From Bdellovibrionales bacterium (lineage in GTDB: Bacteria > Bdellovibrionota > Bdellovibrionia > Bdellovibrionales > CAYMLA01), in NCBI GenBank assembly GCA_965217115.1, contig OZ244239.1, forward strand, positions 64,001 to 128,000: a stretch of DNA of 64,000 nucleotides. Reading direction: 5' to 3'. Shown here in pieces: positions 29,237 through 38,628 of the stretch (positions are counted from its first letter, which is position 1; every line of letters begins with the position of its first letter). The position numbers and the translations under genes were made by a program. The notes under the pieces were generated by a model that saw only the letters and a program-made list of their open reading frames with translations, did no database searches and had not been told where the DNA came from.

Positions 29237-30312
29237 AAGGTCGTGTTCTAGTAGCAATGAGTGGGGGGGTAGATAGTTCTGTGGCGGCAGCTCTCTTGGT
29301 GGAACAGGGCTATGAGGTTATTGGTGCGACGATGCAGGTTTGGGATTACTCATCTTGCGAAATAAAAGAGGGCAGTGGAACCTGTTGTTCGAGTCTCGAT
29401 GTGGATGATGCTCGCTCTGTGGCTGACACCTTGGGTATCCCCTTTTATGTGATTAATTGCGAGTTGAGATTTCGAGAGAAAGTTATCGACCCCTTTATAG
29501 ATAACTACCTACAGGGAAAGACGCCTCTGCCTTGTGTGGATTGTAATACTTATTTAAAATTTGATTACCTATTAAAAAAAATGAAGGAGCTTAATTGTGA
29601 TTACTTGGCAACGGGTCACTACGCTCAGATTGAAAAGAGTGCAGAGGGTAGAAATCGACTTCTAACCAGTGCTGACAGTTGGAAGGATCAGACCTATTTC
29701 CTCTTCACTATGCAGCCTGAAATACTGGATTATATTATTTTCCCCGTTGGACAGATGACCAAGCCTGAATTGAGGGAGTATGCGGAGAAAAAAGGTCTGA
29801 CGGTGGCTCGTAAGAAAGATTCCATGGGGATCTGCTTTGTTGGTAATCAGGGTTATGGAAACTTTATTGAGTCACAGGTGGGCGAGGAAAAGTTAAAGGC
29901 AAAGTTAGGTTTAATAAGGTATTATCCCAGCGGAGAAGTCATGGGTGAGCATAAGGGGATTCATCACTTCACTTATGGTCAGAGACGGGGGATTGGTTTA
30001 GATCATCATGAAACTCTCTTTGTCTATAAAGTGGACCCTGAGGATAACACAGTGTGGGTCGCTTCTGATGAGAAGTATCTCTTGGGAGATCGTTTTACGA
30101 TGATTCGCTCTAATTGGTTGGATACATTTGATGGGGAAGAGGAGTTAAGAGTAAAAATTCGTTTCCACCATGAAGGAGCTACAGCGACTATCAAAAGAGA
30201 AGGCGAGCAGTACCAAGTTATTTTTAATGAACCCCAAAGGGCGATCACTCCAGGTCAAGCGGCAGTCGTTTATCGTGATAAGCAGTTGCTCGGCGGTGGT
30301 TGGATATTGTGA
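29233..30312 (+). CDS. mnmA: tRNA 2-thiouridylase
   Basis: AMSGGVDSS, ATGHYA, KDQTYFL and TPGQA motifs. Confidence 0.96.
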   Translation: MKGRVLVAMSGGVDSSVAAALLVEQGYEVIGATMQVWDYSSCEIKEGSGTCCSSLDVDDARSVADTLGIPFYVINCELRFREKVIDPFIDNYLQGKTPLPCVDCNTYLKFDYLLKKMKELNCDYLATGHYAQIEKSAEGRNRLLTSADSWKDQTYFLFTMQPEILDYIIFPVGQMTKPELREYAEKKGLTVARKKDSMGICFVGNQGYGNFIESQVGEEKLKAKLGLIRYYPSGEVMGEHKGIHHFTYGQRRGIGLDHHETLFVYKVDPEDNTVWVASDEKYLLGDRFTMIRSNWLDTFDGEEELRVKIRFHHEGATATIKREGEQYQVIFNEPQRAITPGQAAVVYRDKQLLGGGWIL

Positions 30313-31661
30313 GTTTAAGGCCATCAAAATTTAAAATCCAAACCTATGGCTGTAAGGTGAATACCTATGACACGGGTTTATTACAGTCTCGTTTAGAAAA
30401 AAGGGGTTACAAATCAACTGACGACCTTCCTGAAGTACACATTATTAATACCTGCGCTGTGACTGATGAGGCAACTCAATCAGCGGCTAAAGATATCCGC
30501 AAATTAAAGATCCAGAGTCCTAATAGCACAGTGGTGGTTACTGGCTGTGCGGCACAGGTAGATACAGATGTTTTCACTGATTTGCCCCAGGTGGACTTGA
30601 TTGTGGCCAACTCCCATAAAGATCAATTGGAAAAAATCTTAGACGATCATTTTAAAGGGGTGTTGAGTGGGCGTGTATTTAAGTCTAATATTTTCCGTCA
30701 TCAAAAATTGGGGACAGGTGGCGGTTTAGAAAAAGGGCATACACGGGCTTTCTTAAAGATACAGGATGGTTGTGATAGCTTCTGTACTTTTTGTGTAATT
30801 CCCTATGCCAGGGGAACGAGCCGCAGCTTACCTATGTTTGATTTAATTGATCGCATCAACGATCTTTATGATCAGGGTTATCGAGAAGTGGTTTTAACGG
30901 GAGTCCATATTGGGGATTATCTTGATGAAGTGAACGGTCGAAAACTGAAACTAGAGGACCTGGTGGAATCTATTTTGAAAAGCACTTCGATGCCCCGTAT
31001 TCGTCTTTCAAGTCTGGAGCCCCCTGAATTGAGTGAACGACTCTTGGAGTTGTACACTGACCCAAAAATGTGTGCACATTTTCACATGAGTATTCAATCG
31101 GCAACATCTCAGGTGTTGGGGGATATGAAGCGTCAGTATCTGGCTGAAGATGTTGAAAGATCTCTGTGGACGATTAATAAAAAAATACCCCACGCTTTTG
31201 TTGGCATGGATGTGATTGTGGGTTTCCCAACAGAGAGTCAGGAGGCTTTCACGGAGACCTACCATAGATTGAAGGATCTTCCCTGGAGTAAAATCCATGT
31301 TTTTCCCTATAGTCAAAGGCCGGGGACAAGGGCTTCTGTCTTTGAGGAATCAGTTTACCCACACATTCGCAAGGAGAGAAGTAAGAAGCTAAGAGAGTTA
31401 AGCTCTGATCGTTATGCTGCAGAAGCATTGAAGCAGGTGGGAGAGACGTGCTCAGTGATGGTTCTTAATACTCTCAATAGGAATCATATTCAGCATGGCG
31501 TGGCAGATAATTATTGGCCGGTGACTCTTGATGGTAAGAGCAAAGACCTTCGAGGACAGATCACTGACGTGAGGATTACGGGTTATAACCACTCATCCCA
31601 CACCCGTGGTGAGGGTGTTTTACTTGGACAGGTGATTGATGGGCGGTTATTGGATGGATAG
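30300..31661 (+). CDS. mtaB: tRNA t6A37 methylthiotransferase
   Basis: TYGCKVN, INTCAVT, KIQDGCDSFCTFC and HVFPYSQRPGT motifs. Confidence 0.92.
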   Translation: MDIVSLRPSKFKIQTYGCKVNTYDTGLLQSRLEKRGYKSTDDLPEVHIINTCAVTDEATQSAAKDIRKLKIQSPNSTVVVTGCAAQVDTDVFTDLPQVDLIVANSHKDQLEKILDDHFKGVLSGRVFKSNIFRHQKLGTGGGLEKGHTRAFLKIQDGCDSFCTFCVIPYARGTSRSLPMFDLIDRINDLYDQGYREVVLTGVHIGDYLDEVNGRKLKLEDLVESILKSTSMPRIRLSSLEPPELSERLLELYTDPKMCAHFHMSIQSATSQVLGDMKRQYLAEDVERSLWTINKKIPHAFVGMDVIVGFPTESQEAFTETYHRLKDLPWSKIHVFPYSQRPGTRASVFEESVYPHIRKERSKKLRELSSDRYAAEALKQVGETCSVMVLNTLNRNHIQHGVADNYWPVTLDGKSKDLRGQITDVRITGYNHSSHTRGEGVLLGQVIDGRLLDG

Positions 31662-31849
31662 GTCAAGTCAAAGAGTTCTCTCTTCGCCTTTAAATCTCCG
31701 AGGGGCTTTAGGCTAGTTTGCCTCTCTGTTTTCTGCCAGTCTCGCCGACTTTCTTTACTTATCTCTAGTAAGCCTCGATACTATAATAACTGGTGGGTGT
31801 TATAACTCATCGTGCAGAAATTGAAGTCAAAACTTGAAGGAGTTTTAAG

Positions 31850-32884
31850 ATGTTAAAGCGGTCGTTTTTCGGGGTGTTTTTTCTAGGAGTGGCTCTCTTA
31901 TTTGGCTGTAGCACAATTGATAATAGGAAGCTGTCTAAGAACAACGATAGTCTCCAATCAGATCGTGGACTGGCAGGAGCAAAAGCTGCCAGCCTGATTC
32001 GCCCCCATGCCGATTTTGTTCTAGTCAAAGCGGGAAAATTTAAAATGGGGAGTCCGAAAGATGAATACGGTCGTTATGATGATGAGCTTTTACATGGAGT
32101 GATTCTCACGAAAGATTTTGAGATACAGACAACTGAGGTGACGCAGAGGCAATGGTTTCATGTAATGGGTGACAACCCTTCCTATTTTAAACCGTCTGTA
32201 GCTAAGAGTTCTCTTGTGGGTATTGATTACAGCGTTAGAATAGATGATGCCTATTGTCCGGAGACTGCTATTATTAAAAGACGTTATACTCTGTGTCCAG
32301 AGCACCCAGTGGAGAATGTTTCTTGGCAGGATGTGCAGAGATTTATTAAGAGACTAAACAAATCTAGTCAGGCTTATGTTTACAGATTACCCACAGAAGC
32401 GGAGTGGGAATACGCCGCCCGTGAAGAGGGGAGCTCAACGACTCCCTTTAACTTAGGGGATAATATTTCTTCAGATAGGGTGAACTATTATACCCTCAGA
32501 AATGCTAACTATGGAAGTTCCGCTAAGGGTCTCTTCTATAGAGAGCAAACAGTTGCTGTGGGTAGTCTTGATAATGCTAATAGTTTAGGAATTTTTGACA
32601 TGCATGGAAATGTAAGGGAGCGGGTGCAGGATTTTCATGGAGAGTACCCTAATTCTGGTTTTAGTAGTTCTACTTCTGTTAAGGATCCCAAAGGGCCTTC
32701 GAGTGGCTGGCATATTGCGCGTGGCGGTAGCTGGGCCGTGAGGGCTCAGAACGCGCGCTCGGCATATCGTAGCCGGACGTCTCAGTCTGGGTTTTCGTCT
32801 GTTGTCGACTCCGATCTGGGCTTCCGCCTTGTGAGGACTGCCAAAAGAAACTCGACGACACCACCCTTTTACAACTTCAGATAA
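31850..32884 (+). CDS. FGE-sulfatase (SUMF1/CLec-fold) domain lipoprotein, copy 1 (lacks the N-terminal domain)
   Basis: LFGC lipobox; FKMGS, TEVT, HPVENVSW, RLPTEAEWEYAAR, DMHGNV, RGGSW and GFRLVR motifs. Confidence 0.9.
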   Translation: MLKRSFFGVFFLGVALLFGCSTIDNRKLSKNNDSLQSDRGLAGAKAASLIRPHADFVLVKAGKFKMGSPKDEYGRYDDELLHGVILTKDFEIQTTEVTQRQWFHVMGDNPSYFKPSVAKSSLVGIDYSVRIDDAYCPETAIIKRRYTLCPEHPVENVSWQDVQRFIKRLNKSSQAYVYRLPTEAEWEYAAREEGSSTTPFNLGDNISSDRVNYYTLRNANYGSSAKGLFYREQTVAVGSLDNANSLGIFDMHGNVRERVQDFHGEYPNSGFSSSTSVKDPKGPSSGWHIARGGSWAVRAQNARSAYRSRTSQSGFSSVVDSDLGFRLVRTAKRNSTTPPFYNFR

Positions 32885-33184
32885 ACTTAAGCTTTTACCC
32901 TTTCCCAGAACGACAGTCCCCTTGGAAAAGGGGCGTAGCTGAGTTTCTAATGTTGAGTTTAAAACCCGTGGATAAGTGTTCACCGGACCTATAAGAGTTC
33001 TCTCTTCGCCTTCAAATCTCCGAGGGCCTTTAGGCTAGTTTGCCTTTATGTTTTCTGCCAGTCTCGGCGACTTTCTTTACTTATCTCTAATAAGCCTTGA
33101 TACTATAATAACTGGTGAGTGTTATAAACCATCGTGTAGAAAATTGAAGTAGAAATTGAAGTCAAAACTTGAAGGAGTTTAAGA

Positions 33185-34711
33185 ATGTTAAAGCGATCGT
33201 TTTTCGGGGTGTTTTTTCTAGGGGTGGTTCTCTTATTTGGCTGTAGCACAATTGATAATAGGAAGCTGTCTAAGAAGAATGATAGTCTTCAACCAGTTCG
33301 TGAACTGGCAGGGGGAAAAGCTGCCAGCGTGATTGGGCCTAATGGTCAGGTGATTCTTTTCTACAGGGACGGTGGTAAGATCGTTGTTAAAGAGTGCATG
33401 GAAGAGACTATTTTAAAAGATAGCTCTTATAAGAGAGATTGTCTTCAAGGGGAGGGAGCAAAGACGAGAGAGATTCCAGTGGAGGAGTTTAAAGAAGATT
33501 TGAAAAGGGCTTTACAAATTCCCCACAGTGTCTCTAAGGCTAATTATGACGGGAAAACAAAGGCGAGGATTGAATTGTACAAGAAGGGGATGTCGAAGGA
33601 GATTACCGATCTAAAGCATCAGAAAAATATGATAAGAGAGGCTGTGGGGACAACAACGACGTTTAATGGGCTCTATGGTGCTGGAAATAATTTGAGGAAT
33701 ACAGGGAAACAAGGGGCGCGTAATGCTCGTTTGGCGGAGATTGAAGCCCGCTTAAATACCAAGAACATAGAAAGCGCTATAGCTGAAATAAATGGTTTAA
33801 TAGACACTATTGTCGACGAGGTCATGTCCCAGGGTGAGTTGAGACATTTTGTTTTTTCTGAAAACCAGACAGGTTTTGAATTTAATCTTTTAAGAAGTTA
33901 TTTTCGAACGTCAGATGATTTACAAGCCTATTTTGTTCCGATCAAAGCGGGACTATTTCTAATGGGGAGCCCGAAAGATGAATACGCTCGTTATGATGAT
34001 GAGATTTTACATGGAGTGATTCTCACGAAAGGTTTTGAAATGCAGACAACTGAGGTGACGCAGAGGCAATGGTTTCATGTAATGGGTGACAACCCTTCCT
34101 ATTTTAAACCGTCACAATCTAGAAGGTATTGTCGAGAGACTGCTATTATTAAAGAGACTTATACCATGTGTCCAGATCACCCAGTGGAGAATGTTTCTTG
34201 GCAGGATGTGCAGAGATTTATTAAGAAACTAAACAGATCTAGTCAGGTTTATGTTTACAGATTACCCACAGAAGCGGAGTGGGAATACGCCGCCCGTGAA
34301 GGGGGGAAATCAACCACTCCTTTTAATCTGGGGGAGAATATTTCTACAGATAAGGTGAACTACGATGGTGACGAACCCTATGGAAGAAGTGCCGCTAAGG
34401 GTATCTATAGAGCGCAAACAGTCGCTGTGGGTAGTCTTGATAATGCGAATGCTCTAGGGATTTCTGACATGCATGGAAATGTATGGGAGTGGGTGCAGGA
34501 TTTGCGTGGAGATTACCCTGGATCTGATTCTATTGATCCTAGGAGTTTTATTAGGGATCCAAAAGGGCCTTCAAGTGGCAGGGATGCTATTATACGTGGC
34601 GGTAGCTGGTACACCTATGCTCGGAGTGCGCGGTCGGCGTTTCGTGATACTCTTAGGAGAGCTGGCTCTTCCAACACTGTGGGCTTCCGCCTTGTGAGGA
34701 CTGCCAAATAA
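33185..34711 (+). CDS. FGE-sulfatase (CLec-fold) domain lipoprotein, copy 2
   Basis: Same motifs plus a ~190-aa helical N-terminal region. Confidence 0.9.
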   Translation: MLKRSFFGVFFLGVVLLFGCSTIDNRKLSKKNDSLQPVRELAGGKAASVIGPNGQVILFYRDGGKIVVKECMEETILKDSSYKRDCLQGEGAKTREIPVEEFKEDLKRALQIPHSVSKANYDGKTKARIELYKKGMSKEITDLKHQKNMIREAVGTTTTFNGLYGAGNNLRNTGKQGARNARLAEIEARLNTKNIESAIAEINGLIDTIVDEVMSQGELRHFVFSENQTGFEFNLLRSYFRTSDDLQAYFVPIKAGLFLMGSPKDEYARYDDEILHGVILTKGFEMQTTEVTQRQWFHVMGDNPSYFKPSQSRRYCRETAIIKETYTMCPDHPVENVSWQDVQRFIKKLNRSSQVYVYRLPTEAEWEYAAREGGKSTTPFNLGENISTDKVNYDGDEPYGRSAAKGIYRAQTVAVGSLDNANALGISDMHGNVWEWVQDLRGDYPGSDSIDPRSFIRDPKGPSSGRDAIIRGGSWYTYARSARSAFRDTLRRAGSSNTVGFRLVRTAK

Positions 34712-35008
34712 ATTAAAGAGTCACTTAAGTTTTTACCCTTGCTCCCTTGGAAAAAGGGCGTAGCCGAGTTTCTAATGTTGAATTTAAAACCCGTGGATAA
34801 GTGTTCAGTGGGTAAGTGTTCATTGGAGTTCGCCTTCAAATCTCCGAGGGGCTTTAGTCTAGAATCCCTCTATGTTTTCTGCCAGTCTCGGCGACTTTCT
34901 TTACTTATCTCTAATAAGCCTTGATACTATAATAACTGGTGAGTGTTATAAACCATCGTGTAGAAAATTGAAGTAGAAATTGAAGTCAAAACTTGAAGGA
35001 GTTTAAGG

Positions 35009-36722
35009 ATGTTAAAGCGATCGTTTTTCGGGGTGTTTTTTCTAGGGGTGGCTCTCTTATTTGGCTGTAGCACAATTGATAATAACAGTCGTGAACTGGC
35101 AGGGAAAAAAGCTGCCAGCGTGATTGGGCCTAATGCTCAGGTGCTTCTTTTCTACAGGTACAGTGATAATATCGTTGTTAAAGAGTGCATGGAAGAGACT
35201 ATTTTAAAAGATAGCTCTTATAGGAGCGATTGTCTTCAAGGGGTGGGAGCAAAGACGAGAGAGATTCCAGTGGAGGAGTTTAGAGAAGACTTGAGAAGTG
35301 CCCTACGAATTCCCCACGGTGTCTCTAGTGCTAATTATGACGGAAGAATAAAGAAGAGGATTGCATTGTATAGGAAGGGGATGCCGAAGGACATTGCCGA
35401 TCTAAAGCTTAAGAAAAGCGAGATAGAAGGGCTTGTGAATAAAACAAAGAATTTTAATAAAGCCTATGATTCTAAAAGTAATTTGAAGAATACAAGGAAA
35501 CAAGGGTCGCGTAATGCTCGTTTGACGGAGATTGAAGCCCTCTTAGAAAATACCAAGAACTTAGAAGGCGCTATAGACACTCTTGTCGACGAGATAATAG
35601 CCCAGAGTAAGTTGAGACAATTTGTTTTTTCTAAAACCCAGACAAGTTTTGTATTTAATCTTTTAAGAAGTTATTTTCGAACGTCAGATGATTTACAAGC
35701 CTATTTTGTTCCGGTCAAAGCGGGAAAATTTAAAATGGGGAGTCCGAAATATGAAAAGGGTCATTCGGATAATGAGATTTTACATGGAGTGCATCTCACG
35801 AAAGATTTTGAAATGCAGACAACTGAGGTGACGCAGAGGCAATGGTTTCATGTAATGGGTGCCAACCCTTCCTATTTTAAACCGTCAATAACGCATGAAT
35901 TTAAAAAATATTGTCCAGAGACTGCTATTATTAAAGAGAGTTATACCATGTGTCCAGATCACCCAGTGGAGCGGGTTTCTTGGCAGGATGTGCAGAGATT
36001 TATTAAGAAACTAAACAGATCTAGTCAGTTTTATATTTACAGATTACCCACAGAAGCGGAGTGGGAATACGCCGCCCGTGAAGAGGGGAGTTCAACCACT
36101 CCTTTTAATCTGGGGGAGAGTCTTTCAGATAAGGTGAACTATAATGGTGACTACCCCTATGGAAATGCCGCTAGGGATGTCTATAGAGAGCAAACAGTTG
36201 CTGTGGGCAGTCTTGATAATGCGAATGCTAAGTTTTTACCCTTTGCTACAGTTCCCTTGGAAAAGGGGCGTAGCTGAGTTTCTAGGGATTTCTGACATGC
36301 ATGGAAATGTAGGGGAGTGGGTGCAGGATTGGTATGGAGATTACCCTGAATCTAATCCTGGGAGTTTTATTAAGGATAATATCGTTGTTAAAGCTATTTT
36401 AAAAGATAGCTCTTATAGGGCGATTGTCTTCAAGGGGTGGGAGCAAAGACGAGAGAGATTCCAGTGGAGGAGTTTGGCAAGTCTGAGTATAGTATTATAC
36501 GTGGCGGTAACTTGTACAGCGGTGCTACGAACGCGCGGTCGGCGGCTCGTGCTCTTTCTAAGAAGTTGCCTTTTCGAACGTGTTCCGGTCAAAGCAGGGA
36601 AATTTCTAATGGGGAGCCCGAAAGATCAGGCGTTATTTTGGATAATGAGATTTTCAATGTGGGCTTCCGCCTTGTGAGGACTGCCAAAATAAACTCGGCG
36701 ACACCCTTTTCCAGTAATGAGT
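35009..36722 (+). pseudogene. FGE-sulfatase lipoprotein copy 3, interrupted/mosaic
   Basis: Intact to 36229. A 52-bp insertion (36230-36281) introduces a stop, and the remaining DMHGNV, RGG and GFRLVRT motifs lie in other frames separated by further inserted segments. Confidence 0.75.
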
Positions 36723-36901
36723 AGACTTAAGTTTTCACCCTTCCCCAGAGAACTACGATGTCGCTACCCTTGTGCCGCTATGAGAGCACACAGTTGCTGT
36801 GGGCAGTCTTGATAATGCGAATGCTCTTGGAGGGAAGTAGAAGAGTTCTCTGCCGTATTGTTTTTACTTTGCAAATGAAAATGGAAATGACGCTGTTGCA
36901 C

Positions 36902-36948
36902 AGGTTATTAACCAGTAGGTCATTAACCAGTAGGTTATTGATTAACCA
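36902..36948. repeat. 15-bp tandem repeat, ~3 copies (AGGTYATTAACCAGT)
   Basis: AGGTTATTAACCAGT AGGTCATTAACCAGT AGGTTATTGATTAACCA. Confidence 0.7.
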
Positions 36949-38628
36949 TCATACACTGTTTAAGCAAGATGCTCTCTCCGAGGCCACCTTAATAAGATCC
37001 ATTTGAATACACTGGCTCAGTATGTCTAAGTGGGGTTCTAATTCAGAGACTCTTCGGGGTGTTTGAACTTCCGTTAAGAGGGTGGATATTCCATCACTGA
37101 TAGGAATGATACTTACACTATGGATGTTTTTTATGAGGAGAAAAGATTTCTCCCCATCACTGGGTTGTAGGTCTAAAGATCCTGAATTTGAGTCTACCTG
37201 TGAATCGTGTAAGCTACATTGCCATAGATAATCTATTGGGTGTAAAGATTTTATGATTCTAATGTGTGAAACCCGTTGGAGAGTTGTCTGATTTCCTTGT
37301 TTTTTTAATATGGAAGTGAATACTTTGATTGAAGTGCTTTCATCAAGAGGGCTTAAGAGTAGAATCTTTAGTTCCCATTCAAGACAGGCCAGGTCGGAGA
37401 GGAAAGGGATCGCTTCCTGGGTGTTCATACTTTGTATGTGTTGGGAGAAAAAACTGCCATAATCAGAGAGCTGATAACTCCTATGGGTGTAGTTCTTAAT
37501 GTAGGAATGGGCGAGAGAGATAAAGACTTCTCTACCCAGATTTTTTTGACAGGCGGGAAAAGTATCTTCTAGTACTTGATAGAGATTTGCTTGATAGTTC
37601 TTGCGATAAATATCTAAGCACTCCTTGCCATTAAGTTTCGCTAGGGGAATTATTTTAGACTCTATATGATTATTCTGAGTTTCTATTGTTTGTCTAAATT
37701 CCTTCTGTACGTTCTGTAGAGTGTTCCCCATAGGACTATCGAAAATGTGATTTCCTTGTGTCAGTTGATGAGGTGTCTGGGACTCTATCCTCCTACGAAT
37801 TGAGTTAGCTTGTTGGGTTTGTTCAAGCATAACAGAATAGTCGGGGATATCACTGTCCCATTCTAGGCATGTGGGAATATCCCCTAAAATTCCTAGGGCC
37901 TTCCCGTAGAGTTGCCAAACGGGTTGTGCTACTTTTGTGGAATGGGTGTCTAAGAGGTGATTGCCCATACTGCTATGACCAGCCAGATGAATTTGTCTTA
38001 TCTGCGATGCAGGGAGCTGTTTTAAGAAGGCAGAGGCATCCAGGTTGTGATTGATGCTATTGACGTAGAGATTGTTGAGATCAAGGAGTAGATCGCACTG
38101 TGTCTCCTCTAGGATGGCACAGATAAACTCTGCTTCAGTCATAGTGGATGATTTGTACGAGAGGTAGTGGGAGACATTCTCTATAACTAGAGTTTGCTCA
38201 AAGAAGTCTTGCAGTTTATTGATTCGGCAAGCGATGTGCTTAATGACTTCGTCGGTGTATGGCAGAGGAATAAGATCGTTTAGGTATTTCCCATCCTGAG
38301 AGACCCAGCAAAGATGGTCGGAGACCCACTGTGGAGAGAATTTTTTTTGTAGAGATTTGATTTCTTTTAGATAATTCCAGTTAAGCTCGTCAGAGGAGCC
38401 TATGGACATATTCACGCAATGGAAGGTGAGAGGATAGAGTTCAGAGAGCTGTTCTAGTTTCTGATGTTGAAGGCTCCCCGAGTGGAGGTAATTGTCGGCG
38501 AGAATTTCTAGCCAGGGGAGATCGCCATCTCTTCTCATCAGAGGGGCAAAGTGCTGAGGTCGTGCGCTAAGTCCGACCCCAGTGATGGTAGAAGTATTGA
38601 CGGGCATTCTTTTAGATTTTTTTGCCAC
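36949..38628 (-). CDS. Fused multinuclear non-heme iron oxidase (DUF692/BufB-like) and DUF2063 (BufC-like) protein
   Basis: N-terminal half has WLEILADNY, HCVNMSIG, SDHLCW, IENVS, LLDLNNLYVN, QIHLAGH, LDTH and LEWD. C-terminal half has LDIYRKNY...LEDTFP...DYG..F...DLACLEW. Confidence 0.88.
   Translation of the reverse strand: MAKKSKRMPVNTSTITGVGLSARPQHFAPLMRRDGDLPWLEILADNYLHSGSLQHQKLEQLSELYPLTFHCVNMSIGSSDELNWNYLKEIKSLQKKFSPQWVSDHLCWVSQDGKYLNDLIPLPYTDEVIKHIACRINKLQDFFEQTLVIENVSHYLSYKSSTMTEAEFICAILEETQCDLLLDLNNLYVNSINHNLDASAFLKQLPASQIRQIHLAGHSSMGNHLLDTHSTKVAQPVWQLYGKALGILGDIPTCLEWDSDIPDYSVMLEQTQQANSIRRRIESQTPHQLTQGNHIFDSPMGNTLQNVQKEFRQTIETQNNHIESKIIPLAKLNGKECLDIYRKNYQANLYQVLEDTFPACQKNLGREVFISLAHSYIKNYTHRSYQLSDYGSFFSQHIQSMNTQEAIPFLSDLACLEWELKILLLSPLDESTSIKVFTSILKKQGNQTTLQRVSHIRIIKSLHPIDYLWQCSLHDSQVDSNSGSLDLQPSDGEKSFLLIKNIHSVSIIPISDGISTLLTEVQTPRRVSELEPHLDILSQCIQMDLIKVASERASCLNSV

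Larger units (their letters stand above)
31671..35008 (+). repeat. ~180-bp upstream/promoter block repeated before each FGE-domain gene (31671-31849, 32993-33184, ~34829-35008)
   Basis: Near-identical TTCGCCTTYAAATCTCCGAGGG...GATACTATAATAAC...GAAGGAG blocks containing a TATAAT box and an RBS. Confidence 0.9.

Noticed and set aside
32967..32975. DnaA box-like CGTGGATAA (also ~34792)
   Set aside because: It has one mismatch, occurs only as part of the duplicated block, and has no oriC context.
31850..36851. Complete DGR cassette (RT, Avd, TR) or true formylglycine-generating enzymes
   Set aside because: No reverse transcriptase or AAC-rich template repeat was seen in the window. The catalytic Cys motif of FGE is absent after RGGSW, and no sulfatase is nearby.
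36144..37006. ORFs of 177, 95 and 82 aa as independent genes
   Set aside because: They are out-of-frame fragments of the disrupted third FGE gene and its patches.
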